A stretch of DNA of 58,452 nt from NCBI GenBank assembly GCA_964474885.1, contig CAYYWO010000006.1:1-58452 (forward strand). Direction: 5' to 3'. Source of the DNA: Candidatus Hadarchaeota archaeon. Lineage in GTDB: Archaea; Hadarchaeota; Hadarchaeia; Hadarchaeales; JAWBSP01. The notes beneath the pieces were generated by a model. The model searched no databases. It saw only the letters and a list, made by a program, of their open reading frames with translations, and was not told the origin of the DNA. The number at the start of each line of letters is the position of its first letter. Within the stretch, counting starts at the first letter, position 1. The translations under genes were made by a program, and so were the position numbers. Positions 47,595 through 56,675 of this stretch are shown here, piece by piece.

Positions 47595-48641
47595 TTAGAT
47601 CAGGTGGACGGCCGAAGCCTTGAAGATGAGATACACCCTCGAGCCTTCCCGCAGTCTGAGTTCTGACACGGATGCTCTGGTGACGAAGGCGTGGAAGATT
47701 CGGTCAGCCGCCTGGACACTCACCCACACATATGCCCCCCTGTCCCTCAGGTCCAAAATCCTCCCTAGGAGCACGTTCCTCCCGCTCGTGCGCGCAGGCC
47801 TTCTGGAGAGGATTATGTCTTGGGGTCTCAGGCAAACTGTGACCTCCCCCGCCTTCCTCCCAGCCGCGAGCAGGTGCAGTCTCCCTATCCTCACCGAAGT
47901 CAGCCTGCCCCTGGGTCTGGCCCTCCCCCTGAAGATGTTCTGGACGCCCAGGAACTCCGCTACTTCGGGGCTGGCTGGGGAGGTAAAAACCTCCTCGGGC
48001 TCCCCCACTCGTACTAGCCTGCCGTCCAAGAGGATCCCCATCCGCTGGGCTAGGCCAAGCGCCTCCTCTCTGTCGTGGGTGACGTGGAGGGTGGTGATTC
48101 CTGTCTCCCTCTGAACCCTCCTGAGCTCGGATATCAGCCTCTCGGAGGTGGGCTTGTCCACGTGGGCTAGGGGTTCGTCCAGTAAGAGGAGCTTCGGACG
48201 GAGCACGAGCACCCTCCCCAGAGCTACCTTCTGTTTCTCGCCCCCGCTCAGGGTGCGGGGCATCCTGTGCAACAGGTCCGAAAGGCCCAGCAGCTCGGAC
48301 ACCTCCTCCAATCTCCTTGTGGCCTCCTGCTTGGGTACTTTCTTCACCCTCAGCCCGAAGCGGAGGTTCTCCTTCACCGTCAGGTGAGGGAAGAGCAGGG
48401 CATCCTGGTACACGAAGCCCACCTCCCTGAGCTGGGGAGGAAGGCCTGTGATGTCCCTCCCGTCCAAGCGGATTTGTCCCCTGGAGGGTAAGTGAAAGCC
48501 CGCAATCGTTTCGAGCAGGAGGGTCTTTCCCGCGCCCGTGGGCCCGAGCAGGACGAAATACTCTCCCCTTTCAATGCTGAAGGAAATCTCCTTCAGGGAG
48601 AACTGCCCCCAAGTGCCGCAGAGCTCCCTAACCTCGAGCAT
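47595..48641 (-). CDS. wtpC: Tungstate/molybdate ABC transporter ATPase with TOBE domain
   Basis: GPTGAGKT, LSGGE, LLDEP, VTHD, TSGRN..FKASAV. Confidence 0.9.
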   Translation of the reverse strand: MLEVRELCGTWGQFSLKEISFSIERGEYFVLLGPTGAGKTLLLETIAGFHLPSRGQIRLDGRDITGLPPQLREVGFVYQDALLFPHLTVKENLRFGLRVKKVPKQEATRRLEEVSELLGLSDLLHRMPRTLSGGEKQKVALGRVLVLRPKLLLLDEPLAHVDKPTSERLISELRRVQRETGITTLHVTHDREEALGLAQRMGILLDGRLVRVGEPEEVFTSPASPEVAEFLGVQNIFRGRARPRGRLTSVRIGRLHLLAAGRKAGEVTVCLRPQDIILSRRPARTSGRNVLLGRILDLRDRGAYVWVSVQAADRIFHAFVTRASVSELRLREGSRVYLIFKASAVHLI

Positions 48642-49410
48642 ATCTTCTCCTCAGCCATTCCGTCAGCACGAAGCCGCACAGGACTACCAGGAGGAAGAGG
48701 GTGCTCGCGGCCAGGGAGGAGAGCAGGCCCCCCGTGTAGAAGCGCTGCCAGATGAGTCCAGGGGCTATCATCGGGAAGAAGCCCACGAGCATGATGACTG
48801 CAGCGAACTCGCTCAGCGCTCTCCCCCAGCTCATGAGGGCCGATCCCAAGAGGTGGGGGAAGGCCAGGGGGAGGCTGATCCGGAGGAAGACGTCCCACTC
48901 GGAGGCGCCCAGCGAGCGGGCCACGTTCTCCAGCCTGGGATCCACGGAGCTGAAGCCTCTCCTCGCCCCGTCTAGGAAGAAGGGAGCGGAGACGAAGAGC
49001 ATGGCGCAGACTACTCCCAGAACTGTGCCCTCGCACTCGAAAAGACCCCCTAGCCAGCCTCCCCTTCCCAAAACTATGACGAGCATGATACCTGCCACCA
49101 CGTGGGGGACGGCAGAGGGCAGATCTATCAGGCCCTCGAGGAGCCCCTTTCCCTTGAAATCCTTCCTGGCCAGCATGTAAGCCAAGGGCGTCCCTAAGAG
49201 GAAGCATATGAGCGTCGAGAGGCATGCGCACACGCAGCTGAGTCCGACTGCTGAGAGGATGGATGGGTCGGTGAGGGCCGAGAAGAAGCCCCCTGCGTTC
49301 TGACCGAACTGCACCCAGAATAGCCCGATGATGGGGAGCACGAGGAAGGCCACCAAGAGAGCGCCCGAGAGAGAGATCAGGAGCCAAAAGAGTCTGTTAG
49401 AGGAGTTCAC
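48628..49410 (-). CDS. wtpB: Tungstate/molybdate ABC transporter permease
   Basis: DLP..VPHVVAG, EAA loop (ENVARSLGA), WGRALSEF. Confidence 0.9.
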   Translation of the reverse strand: MNSSNRLFWLLISLSGALLVAFLVLPIIGLFWVQFGQNAGGFFSALTDPSILSAVGLSCVCACLSTLICFLLGTPLAYMLARKDFKGKGLLEGLIDLPSAVPHVVAGIMLVIVLGRGGWLGGLFECEGTVLGVVCAMLFVSAPFFLDGARRGFSSVDPRLENVARSLGASEWDVFLRISLPLAFPHLLGSALMSWGRALSEFAAVIMLVGFFPMIAPGLIWQRFYTGGLLSSLAASTLFLLVVLCGFVLTEWLRRRYARG

Positions 49411-50386
49411 GGGGTATTGCCTGCTCGTTCTCGAGGAGGTAGGGGTAAAGGGGCCTGAAGCCGAAGTTCTCCATTAGCCTCCTACCCTCCTCACCCAGCA
49501 CGAACTGCACGAAGCGGATCGCACCCTCTCTGTCTTCAGCCTCCCTCGGGATCGTGAGACCGTAGACTATGGGACTCCCCACATGCTCGCCCGTGGAGGC
49601 CCGGACTTTCACTTTGGCGTAAAAATCGGCAAAAGCAGGATCCCCAAGGTTCACTTCCTCGGGCAGAGTGAGGTACCTCAAGCCCATGGACTGAGCCACG
49701 CTCTTGTATTCAAATGCGTAATCCAGACTCCCCAGCTCGAGCTTGCTCAACAAGTCCACGGACTTCGGACAGACCACCAACCCTTCCCCGAGTTCGAGCC
49801 TCTCGGTGGGAGGAACCAAGATGACGTAGGTACCGTTCTCCACCCCGCAGGAGATGTTGGAGCGGGCACCCACCAAGTTCGCGAAGAGCCTCGGCAGGTT
49901 TTCAGCCTCCTCAAAGAGCTTGATGACCATCAGCGCTCGGTACCCGCAAGGATCCAAGTTGGGGTCGCTGAAGCCCCACCTCACGTCTTCCCTCTGCAGT
50001 ATCTCCCACCAGTTGTTCTCACTCACCTCCCTCGCATGCCTGCTCCCCTCCGTGTAAGCCAGCACGAGCTCGTTTGAGGCAAACCCTATCGCCCAGCTGG
50101 CGTGCTCCGGCATGAGGAATTCTGGGATGAGATGCCAGTCCGCAACCATTATCACGTCCGCCGTCCTGTGGAGCTCCGTCAACTGCCTGACAGCCTCCAC
50201 GCTACCGTGGGCCTCCAGTTGCACGTCCCAGGGGTTTTCCCCCTCGAATCTCCCCTCCACCTCAGTCAGAAAGGGGGTCAGGCTCCCAGCATGCAGCACT
50301 TTCAGGCTTCTGGCTTGGCTCCTCAGGAGCACTACCATGCCAGCAACGACGAAGCATACCAGCGCGAGCAGTAGGATTTTGTGCAT
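49397..50386 (-). CDS. wtpA: Tungstate/molybdate-binding protein
   Basis: Signal anchor, HAGSL, GSV, SDPNLDPCGYR, DYAFEYKS, IVYGLTI; ATG at 50386. Confidence 0.92.
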   Translation of the reverse strand: MHKILLLALVCFVVAGMVVLLRSQARSLKVLHAGSLTPFLTEVEGRFEGENPWDVQLEAHGSVEAVRQLTELHRTADVIMVADWHLIPEFLMPEHASWAIGFASNELVLAYTEGSRHAREVSENNWWEILQREDVRWGFSDPNLDPCGYRALMVIKLFEEAENLPRLFANLVGARSNISCGVENGTYVILVPPTERLELGEGLVVCPKSVDLLSKLELGSLDYAFEYKSVAQSMGLRYLTLPEEVNLGDPAFADFYAKVKVRASTGEHVGSPIVYGLTIPREAEDREGAIRFVQFVLGEEGRRLMENFGFRPLYPYLLENEQAIPRELL

Positions 50387-50405
50387 TATGCTCAGTTGAA
50401 CATAA
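50386..50405. promoter_or_regulatory. Putative ModE operator at the wtpA start
   Basis: TTATGCTCAGTTGAACATAA, 16/20 self-complementary, between the TATA-like TTTTAAAA (50407-14) and the wtpA ATG. Confidence 0.55.
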
Positions 50406-50530
50406 GTTTTAAAATTTATTCCCAAGAGCATCATCAGCACATTAGAGAGAATGTAAAGCCTGAACCTGAACGGATAGTTCAACTTTGTAGGCATCTGTAG
50501 AGATATTACCAGGGCTGGATTTTAAGTGGA

Positions 50531-51343
50531 TTGATGAGGTTAAACTGGCGTGAAATCTGGGAGGAGAAGCAAAAGCAAAGAATAAGGCCTTCGAAGGTAA
50601 CATATGATAAGGATTTTAGCGCCAAATTCGCTGAAGATTACTCCAAGCTAGCTAGGCACACTGAATATGGAAAAAAAGCGGTGGATTTACTAGAGGAAAT
50701 ACTGGATGACGACTTTGAGGTTTTGGAGATAGGTGCTGGACCCGGAACATTGACTATCCCACTAGCCACGAGGGTAAAAAAGGTGGTAGCTATCGAGCGT
50801 TCCGAAACGGCCGTGAAGTACTTGAGAAACAACATGAAAGAGAGCAATGTTGAGAATATTGAAATAGTGAATAAAGACTGGCTGGAAGTCGATGACCGTG
50901 AAATAAAAGGCCGATTTGACTTAGTTGTGTGTTCTCACTTTTTGTGGCAAATGCGTGACCTTGAAAGGCATCTGAAAAAGATGGAGAACGCCTCAAGGAG
51001 ATACTGTGCGGTGGTGCAACCTGCGGGGAGAGAGAGAATAGTAAAAGAGTTGTGGACGGAAATAACAGGGAAAGAATATAGTGGTGAGTTTGATCCTGAT
51101 GCAGATCATTTTGCTTATCTAGTATTACGGCAGTGGGGCAGGCTGGTGAATGTACGAGTAATGAATTACACAGTAGAGCGGAACCTCGAACAAGAAGTAC
51201 GATATATAGCGAGTTTCATAGGCAAATACGTGGAAGTGGATACTCGTGTGAAGGGAATCATCGAGCAACACCTTCTAAGGAGAGGAAAGGGCTTGTACAG
51301 AGAGAAGCGTTCTGCAGTCGTGATGTGGTGGAACATAGCTTGA
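50531..51343 (+). CDS. Class I SAM-dependent methyltransferase
   Basis: VLEIGAGPG, AIE, FDLVVCS. Confidence 0.88.
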   Translation: MMRLNWREIWEEKQKQRIRPSKVTYDKDFSAKFAEDYSKLARHTEYGKKAVDLLEEILDDDFEVLEIGAGPGTLTIPLATRVKKVVAIERSETAVKYLRNNMKESNVENIEIVNKDWLEVDDREIKGRFDLVVCSHFLWQMRDLERHLKKMENASRRYCAVVQPAGRERIVKELWTEITGKEYSGEFDPDADHFAYLVLRQWGRLVNVRVMNYTVERNLEQEVRYIASFIGKYVEVDTRVKGIIEQHLLRRGKGLYREKRSAVVMWWNIA

Positions 51344-51399
51344 TGTTTCACTTCAGCTACAATCCTAGCCTCTAATAAACCGCAAGCAGGAGAAATCAA

Positions 51400-51879
51400 A
51401 TGAAAATTGTGTACAAACCAATAGGAATCATCCACTCCCCTTTCAAGAATCTTGAAGGGGCACCGATACAGCCAACAGGTGCTAAAGGCGTTGCTGGTAC
51501 TGTAGAAGTATTCCAAGAATATTGTGCGGGACTTAAAGATCTTGATGGTTTTTCACACATCATTCTGGTTTATCATTTTCATCTAGCTAACAAATGGTCG
51601 TTGGAAGTTAGACCGTACATGGATGAGAACACGCATGGAGTATTCGCCACAAGGATCCCGGGGCGACCGAATCCAATTGGCATCTCTGTGGTACGTTGCA
51701 TCAAAATCGAAGGGTGCATAATCCATGTTGAGGACATCGACATCTTGGATGGGACTCCTCTGTTAGATATCAAGCCGTATGTTCCCGATTTTGATTCTCG
51801 AATAGTAGAACGAATAGGGTGGCTTTCTGGAAAATCAGGCAATGTACATAAAAAGAGGTCAGATGGCAGGGTGATATAG
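51400..51879 (+). CDS. tsaA: TsaA/TrmO-like SAM-binding protein (tRNA m6t6A37 methyltransferase family)
   Basis: PIGIIHSP, LDGFSHI, GVFATR.P.RPNPIG, DGTPLLDIKPY. Confidence 0.92.
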   Translation: MKIVYKPIGIIHSPFKNLEGAPIQPTGAKGVAGTVEVFQEYCAGLKDLDGFSHIILVYHFHLANKWSLEVRPYMDENTHGVFATRIPGRPNPIGISVVRCIKIEGCIIHVEDIDILDGTPLLDIKPYVPDFDSRIVERIGWLSGKSGNVHKKRSDGRVI

Positions 51880-51940
51880 GAAATTATACAAGTATCTGCT
51901 GAAAACAGTCTTCGTTTTCTGTTCATGCTGGATAGATATA

Positions 51941-52456
51941 ATGAAGTTCAGAGCAAGAATCTTCTTGCAAGACAAGAAGGGAAGGCTTCTAGGAGGGGAG
52001 GGAATGATTTCCTTGCTGGAAGAAATAGAGAGCTCAGGCTCGCTGAACAAAGCCGCGAAGAGATTTGGCATGTCCTTTAGGCATGCATGGAAGAAAATGA
52101 AAAAGTTCGAGCGGCATGCTGGGCTCAAACTTGTGGAGACCAAGAGCAGGCCGAGCAAGCTAACCCCTGCCGGGAAACTTCTGGTCCGGAGGTTCAAGCT
52201 TGTGAAGCACGCGGTCGAGAGCTTCCTGAGGGATGCTTCCCCCACCTCCCCACCCATCTACGCCCAAGGCAAGCTGGAGGGTAAGGTAGATCAGCTCATC
52301 TTCGGAAAAGCAGAGGTCTCCGTCCGGGTCAAGACGCCGGCGGGAAACCTCAGTTTCATCTTGCCGCGGGAAAGCGTCGAGCAAGAAGACCTGAAAAAAG
52401 GAGACAGGGTGCGCCTGTCCTTGGGGATCTCGAGAATTCAGCTCCAGAAGGTTTAG
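51941..52456 (+). CDS. modE: ModE-family regulator (wHTH + TOBE-like)
   Basis: LLEEIESSGSLNKAAKRFGMSFRHAW..LTPAG; C-terminal L.KGDRV. Confidence 0.8.
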   Translation: MKFRARIFLQDKKGRLLGGEGMISLLEEIESSGSLNKAAKRFGMSFRHAWKKMKKFERHAGLKLVETKSRPSKLTPAGKLLVRRFKLVKHAVESFLRDASPTSPPIYAQGKLEGKVDQLIFGKAEVSVRVKTPAGNLSFILPRESVEQEDLKKGDRVRLSLGISRIQLQKV

Positions 52457-53109
52457 AGTTTCTTTATAAGTTCTAGAGGGTTCCGGACCAGCACCTGTTC
52501 CGCTTCCTCCTTAGTTAGGCCTGCCCCCATGGCCACAGAGAGTGCCTTGGCAGGTGGCAACAGATCCTCCGGAGAGTGGGCATCGGAGTTCAGCAGGAGC
52601 TTCGCCCCAGTCTCCCTTGCCACCTTGGCAACCCACCCGTTGGAGAGACAGTGGCCTTTTCTGGAAGTAAGCTCTAGGTATACCCCGTTCTCCCTCGCGA
52701 GCTCGGCTTGATCGGCCGGGATCAGGCCCGGGTGGGAGAGGATGTCCACCTCATTGCACTCGACAGCTACCCTATTGGTTCCCGGCTGGACAGGCTCGAC
52801 CAGGGTCTCTCCGTGCACCACTATAATCCTAGCACCCAGCGATCTCGCCCTCCTAGCCAGCTCAGGGATCGCTTGAGGAGGAACATGGGTGAGCTCGGCC
52901 CCTGGTATTACCTGCAGGCTCATGTTCCCGCTCAGTTTCTCACAAGCCCTGACCAGCCTAGGGAGGATGGAGTCTATGTTAGACCAGTCTACATGGTCTG
53001 TGATGGCAATCGCTTGGTGATCCATGGCTTCTGCCCTTCTAGCCAGCTCTGCGGGTAGCAGCTCCCCGTCGCTCAAAAGCGAGTGGAGGTGCAGGTCTAT
53101 TCGTCTCAG
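52453..53109 (-). CDS. PHP-domain phosphoesterase (histidinol-phosphatase-like)
   Basis: IDLHLHS..SDG, ITDH, ELTHV, VHGET, LSHPG, NSDAH; including the first motif requires a CTG start at 53109. Confidence 0.88.
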   Translation of the reverse strand: MRRIDLHLHSLLSDGELLPAELARRAEAMDHQAIAITDHVDWSNIDSILPRLVRACEKLSGNMSLQVIPGAELTHVPPQAIPELARRARSLGARIIVVHGETLVEPVQPGTNRVAVECNEVDILSHPGLIPADQAELARENGVYLELTSRKGHCLSNGWVAKVARETGAKLLLNSDAHSPEDLLPPAKALSVAMGAGLTKEEAEQVLVRNPLELIKKL

Positions 53110-53612
53110 ATTCTCACCTCTATACGCTTAGCTAGGCCTTTCTTGATTAGGAGTTCGGCTGTCTTCCTGGGAAGGGCTACCACATCCCCCTTTAGGAAGG
53201 GGCCGTAAAATCTCATGTCCTCCGCCACAATCCTGGGGATCTCCTGCTCCAGCACCACGAGCGTGGTCTTGGGCTGGATGACTGGGTGCAAGAGCAGAGA
53301 TTCCCTCATCTCGCTTACAGCCTGGGATATCCTGTCGATAAATCGCTGCTCCTCGGCTGAGCCTATGGGGGTGTGCCCCTCAAGCAGGCTCAGTAGCACC
53401 TTTCTTAGCCTCACACTAAAGAGCTCTTCCAGTTTGTCCCTGAAAAGCACTCTCTTTCTCTCCAACATCTCCCTCTCCTCCCCGACGGATCTCCGTAGCT
53501 GTCTGTCGATGGCTGACAGCTCTTGGTTCATCCTTGCGTAGAAATCTGGGGGTAGGGCTAGGATCTCCTCCGATGCCTTCTCCTCGTCCAGGATCCTCTC
53601 AAGCTCCTCCAC
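53106..53612 (-). CDS. GINS complex subunit (Gins51-type)
   Basis: EE..LPPDFY..R.RK A-domain plus B-domain YGPFLKGDVVALP; downstream of priS. Confidence 0.85.
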   Translation of the reverse strand: MEELERILDEEKASEEILALPPDFYARMNQELSAIDRQLRRSVGEEREMLERKRVLFRDKLEELFSVRLRKVLLSLLEGHTPIGSAEEQRFIDRISQAVSEMRESLLLHPVIQPKTTLVVLEQEIPRIVAEDMRFYGPFLKGDVVALPRKTAELLIKKGLAKRIEVRI

Positions 53613-54558
53613 TTCTCTCCCTCACGAATCTGGGCACTGCTTGGTCCAGGGAGAAATCATCTATCTTCCTTATCTCCACGCACTTCATGCTCACGCCTGA
53701 ATGCAGGCTGGAGGGCAGCCTAAGCACGCGCTTCGTGTCCACGGTGGGTCTGCTGTCCGCCTGTTTCCTGTTTAGCTCAGCCAGAAGCTTAAGCAACTGG
53801 CTCAGAGTCCGCTCCCCTATCCCCTCCATCCGCCTAATCTCCTCCATCCTCCCCTGCCTCAGGCTGGAGCTCACTTGGTTCAGCCTCCTCATCAGCTCCT
53901 GCGCAACCCTTCTCTTCACGCCTCCCTGCATCAATTCTCGCACGTTTAATCTAGTAGCCAAGCGGCTGGCGTGCATCCTGAAGACTTTGGAGTACCCGAA
54001 GGCCAGCGTGAGGTCGGAGGGCACCACTCCTCCCGTCACATAGATGAAAACCTCCTCCCTCTCCTCCCTTCCCAGTTTCTGCACGGACTCGTCCAGCACT
54101 CTCAGGTGGAAACCTCTCCCCGAGTAAGAGTACCTCAAGTGAGTCAAGCCCAAATCAGATCGCAGGACATCACCTATGCTCGCTATGATGTGCCTAGCCT
54201 CCTCCAAGCATCGCTCGCATACCCTACCCTCGGTACAGCTACAAGGTTTCAGGGGCAAGTCTTTCGCATCCACATCGAAGACCAGCTCAGCTCCTAGCCA
54301 CTTCTCCATCTTCACAGGGTTTTCGTACCTAGCAGTGCTCACATAGGCAGCGTAGGGTGCGTGCCGGCGGAGAAAATCCTCCAGCTGGTCGGGAGTGATG
54401 AACTGGTGGTGCCTGGTGAACTGCCCCTTGTTCTCTAAGGCGAAGCCGAACTCCCTCAGGGAGAGCGTGTGGAGGATGTAGTCTGGTATCTCCCTCCTAC
54501 CCTGCCACTCCTCCATGTAGAAAATCCTACGCTCTTCGGGTGTCGCCTCCCTAAACAT
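53599..54558 (-). CDS. priS: DNA primase catalytic subunit
   Basis: REFGF, AELVFDVD, YSGRGFH, D..RVLRLP.SLH. Confidence 0.96.
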   Translation of the reverse strand: MFREATPEERRIFYMEEWQGRREIPDYILHTLSLREFGFALENKGQFTRHHQFITPDQLEDFLRRHAPYAAYVSTARYENPVKMEKWLGAELVFDVDAKDLPLKPCSCTEGRVCERCLEEARHIIASIGDVLRSDLGLTHLRYSYSGRGFHLRVLDESVQKLGREEREEVFIYVTGGVVPSDLTLAFGYSKVFRMHASRLATRLNVRELMQGGVKRRVAQELMRRLNQVSSSLRQGRMEEIRRMEGIGERTLSQLLKLLAELNRKQADSRPTVDTKRVLRLPSSLHSGVSMKCVEIRKIDDFSLDQAVPRFVRERSGGA

Positions 54559-54629
54559 GCCCCCTCTCTAAGAGCCTCTTGGAATAGTAAGGGGGAACTA
54601 TAGGCCCCAAACTGCACATCCACCCGGCA
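54551..54629 (-). pseudogene. Degenerate copy of the priL 3' end overlapping the priS start
   Basis: CRVDVQFGAYSSP/YYSKRLLERGHV* versus priL CQPDEYCAGIRNPLTYYFKRLSEEQGSA*. Confidence 0.65.
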
Positions 54630-54893
54630 GTCACGAGCCTGCTTTCACTTTCCACCCTTCTACTCAACCTGCTGCTATTAGATTTTGTTGACCAACTAGC
54701 CGAAATGGTATGCGGCTCGTTCTGTGACGGTCGCAGTTTTCTTTCATGAACCACTAGGGCAGTATTGTTGTAACAAATAGATACTTTCTGGGAACTGTTG
54801 ATGTAGATAACAGAAATGCTACGTGAAGTGTTCATAAAGGACAAACACTTTCCCGAAGCCTAATCGTTGGCCGTGTGAAAAAAATTTCTCCAA

Positions 54894-55379
54894 TCATAGG
54901 GTCTCGCCTCCAGCAACAAGCCTCCAAACTCTATTACTTCGCGCATATCTCGCTCCGATGTGCTTGATCCCGGAGATCTGAGTCCGCAGGGAGACAGTCG
55001 CCCTCACAGCATCGACCGAAGGCAAGGCCCCGCCTGCCGCTTCAAGCTCGAGGAGTCCCCCCGGAGCGCATTTATATCCCAACCCAGCCCCCTGAGATAG
55101 GTGGGGAGCGAGGCTCCCAAGCTCCAGGTTAGCATGTCCCTCTTGAGCGAGAGCAAATCTTCGAATACGTTCTTCTCCACGTCTCTCTCAACTTCCCCGA
55201 ACTCCACTCGCCGGGTGCCAGCCGGAACTCGACTACACGCCCCCCAGCGACCATCCGCTTCCTCATTGCTTTCAAATTGTACTCCGACTTCTGCAAGAGC
55301 GCGGAGAGGTCGATGTCCCAGCTAAACCTTGGTTGGTCGGCGTACAGCCTGGAATGAGAGTTCCTCCTTTGAGCATCAC
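54894..55379 (-). pseudogene. AbiEii/AbiGii-family nucleotidyltransferase toxin pseudogene
   Basis: VMLKGGTLI/RLYADQPRFSWDIDLS across a 1-nt deletion near 55352; further fragments down to about 54894. Confidence 0.7.
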
Positions 55380-55427
55380 CGGGGAAGGTGTGGCGTGCTA
55401 GGCAGAACTTTCATCGCAATCCAAAAT

Positions 55428-56675
55428 CTAGGCAGAACCTTGTTCCTCTGAGAGTCTTTTGAAGTAATAGGTCAAGGGGTTTCTTATCCCGGCACAGTAC
55501 TCGTCTGGCTGGCAGAGAATCGGGGCCTGAAGCCTTATCTTCTCACAGCTGGGTGTCATGTACCACTTACTCCTCCCGGAGTCCGCCAGGGTCGGATTCT
55601 CGGTTCGCCCGAACCCCATCACGTACCATATGTTCGCCCTCTCCTCGGGCTGGTCGGAGAAGAGGGGAGGGTTGCATCGTTCGGCCGCCTCGTAGATGAT
55701 TGGGAGCAGCTCATCCCTCACCACGGAGAGATCCTCCACGAACTCGCTCACCTTGGGTTCGGGCTTGCCCCTCGGGCATATCCTAGCACGGGAGAGGAAG
55801 GAGACGAGGAGCAGCGTTATGGCGAAGTTCCTGACCCCCTCCGGCACGCCTTGCAGGCACTTCTTTATGCAGGGGGGGAAGAACTCCGGCCTCAGCCTCC
55901 CGCGCTTCACCTTGATGCCCGGAATTAGCTTCTCCTTCGGCACGAGCTGCGAGACCCTGCTCCCCACCCGGGCGAAAACGTCCGGCACCCTGTGCAGCTG
56001 GCTCAGCTTGTTGTAGAGCTCCTCTATCAGCTCCTCGACTTGGGCCCCCACGAGCTCCGAGTAAAGCCTCCAGAGCTCGGAGGAAGAGAGGATGGCCCAG
56101 CCATCCAGTAGGTACAGGTCCGTCAGCCTGACCCTCCGATGCTTGAGCAGGGAGGAGAGATCTGTCCACCTGATCGCGAACCTGGGGACGCACTGCATGA
56201 CGACCCGCTGATCCACCTCCCTCCCCCTGTAGCCTATCCGCTCCAGCTCTCTGTCCCGCAGGAGGAAGTAATCCCTCTCCGCTATCTCCCTCCCCCTCAC
56301 TCTCCTCCCGGAGAGCGGCTCAACCCGGATGACCTCCCTGACCGCCTCCAGGCAGAAGCCTTCCAGACCCCTCTTGAAGAGCTCGAACATGCGCCTCCTT
56401 ATGCTGGTCTTGACGGACTGCTCGACGAGTCTTGCCTCGGGGGAGTAGGGGTAGGAGACCGAAGCTACGCCTGCACAGAGCAGGTGGAGGGAGAGCACGT
56501 CCCTCTCGATGGACCGCCTGTCTGAGGGGAGGTCAACTGAGGGGTTCGAAACGCGGCTCACGGCCATCTCCGCTATCTCCTCGGGGAGCTCGGAGAGGGG
56601 AGGGGCCGCCTTGACGATTTCCCTAGCTCTGCTACCCACGGGGTTCAAAAGTGCCACGAAGTCCCCAGAAATCAT
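55428..56675 (-). CDS. priL: DNA primase large subunit
   Basis: FPPCI, G.RNFAI, CNPP, WY.TPSC, LC..NPL.YY (Fe-S cysteines). Confidence 0.92.
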   Translation of the reverse strand: MISGDFVALLNPVGSRAREIVKAAPPLSELPEEIAEMAVSRVSNPSVDLPSDRRSIERDVLSLHLLCAGVASVSYPYSPEARLVEQSVKTSIRRRMFELFKRGLEGFCLEAVREVIRVEPLSGRRVRGREIAERDYFLLRDRELERIGYRGREVDQRVVMQCVPRFAIRWTDLSSLLKHRRVRLTDLYLLDGWAILSSSELWRLYSELVGAQVEELIEELYNKLSQLHRVPDVFARVGSRVSQLVPKEKLIPGIKVKRGRLRPEFFPPCIKKCLQGVPEGVRNFAITLLLVSFLSRARICPRGKPEPKVSEFVEDLSVVRDELLPIIYEAAERCNPPLFSDQPEERANIWYVMGFGRTENPTLADSGRSKWYMTPSCEKIRLQAPILCQPDEYCAGIRNPLTYYFKRLSEEQGSA

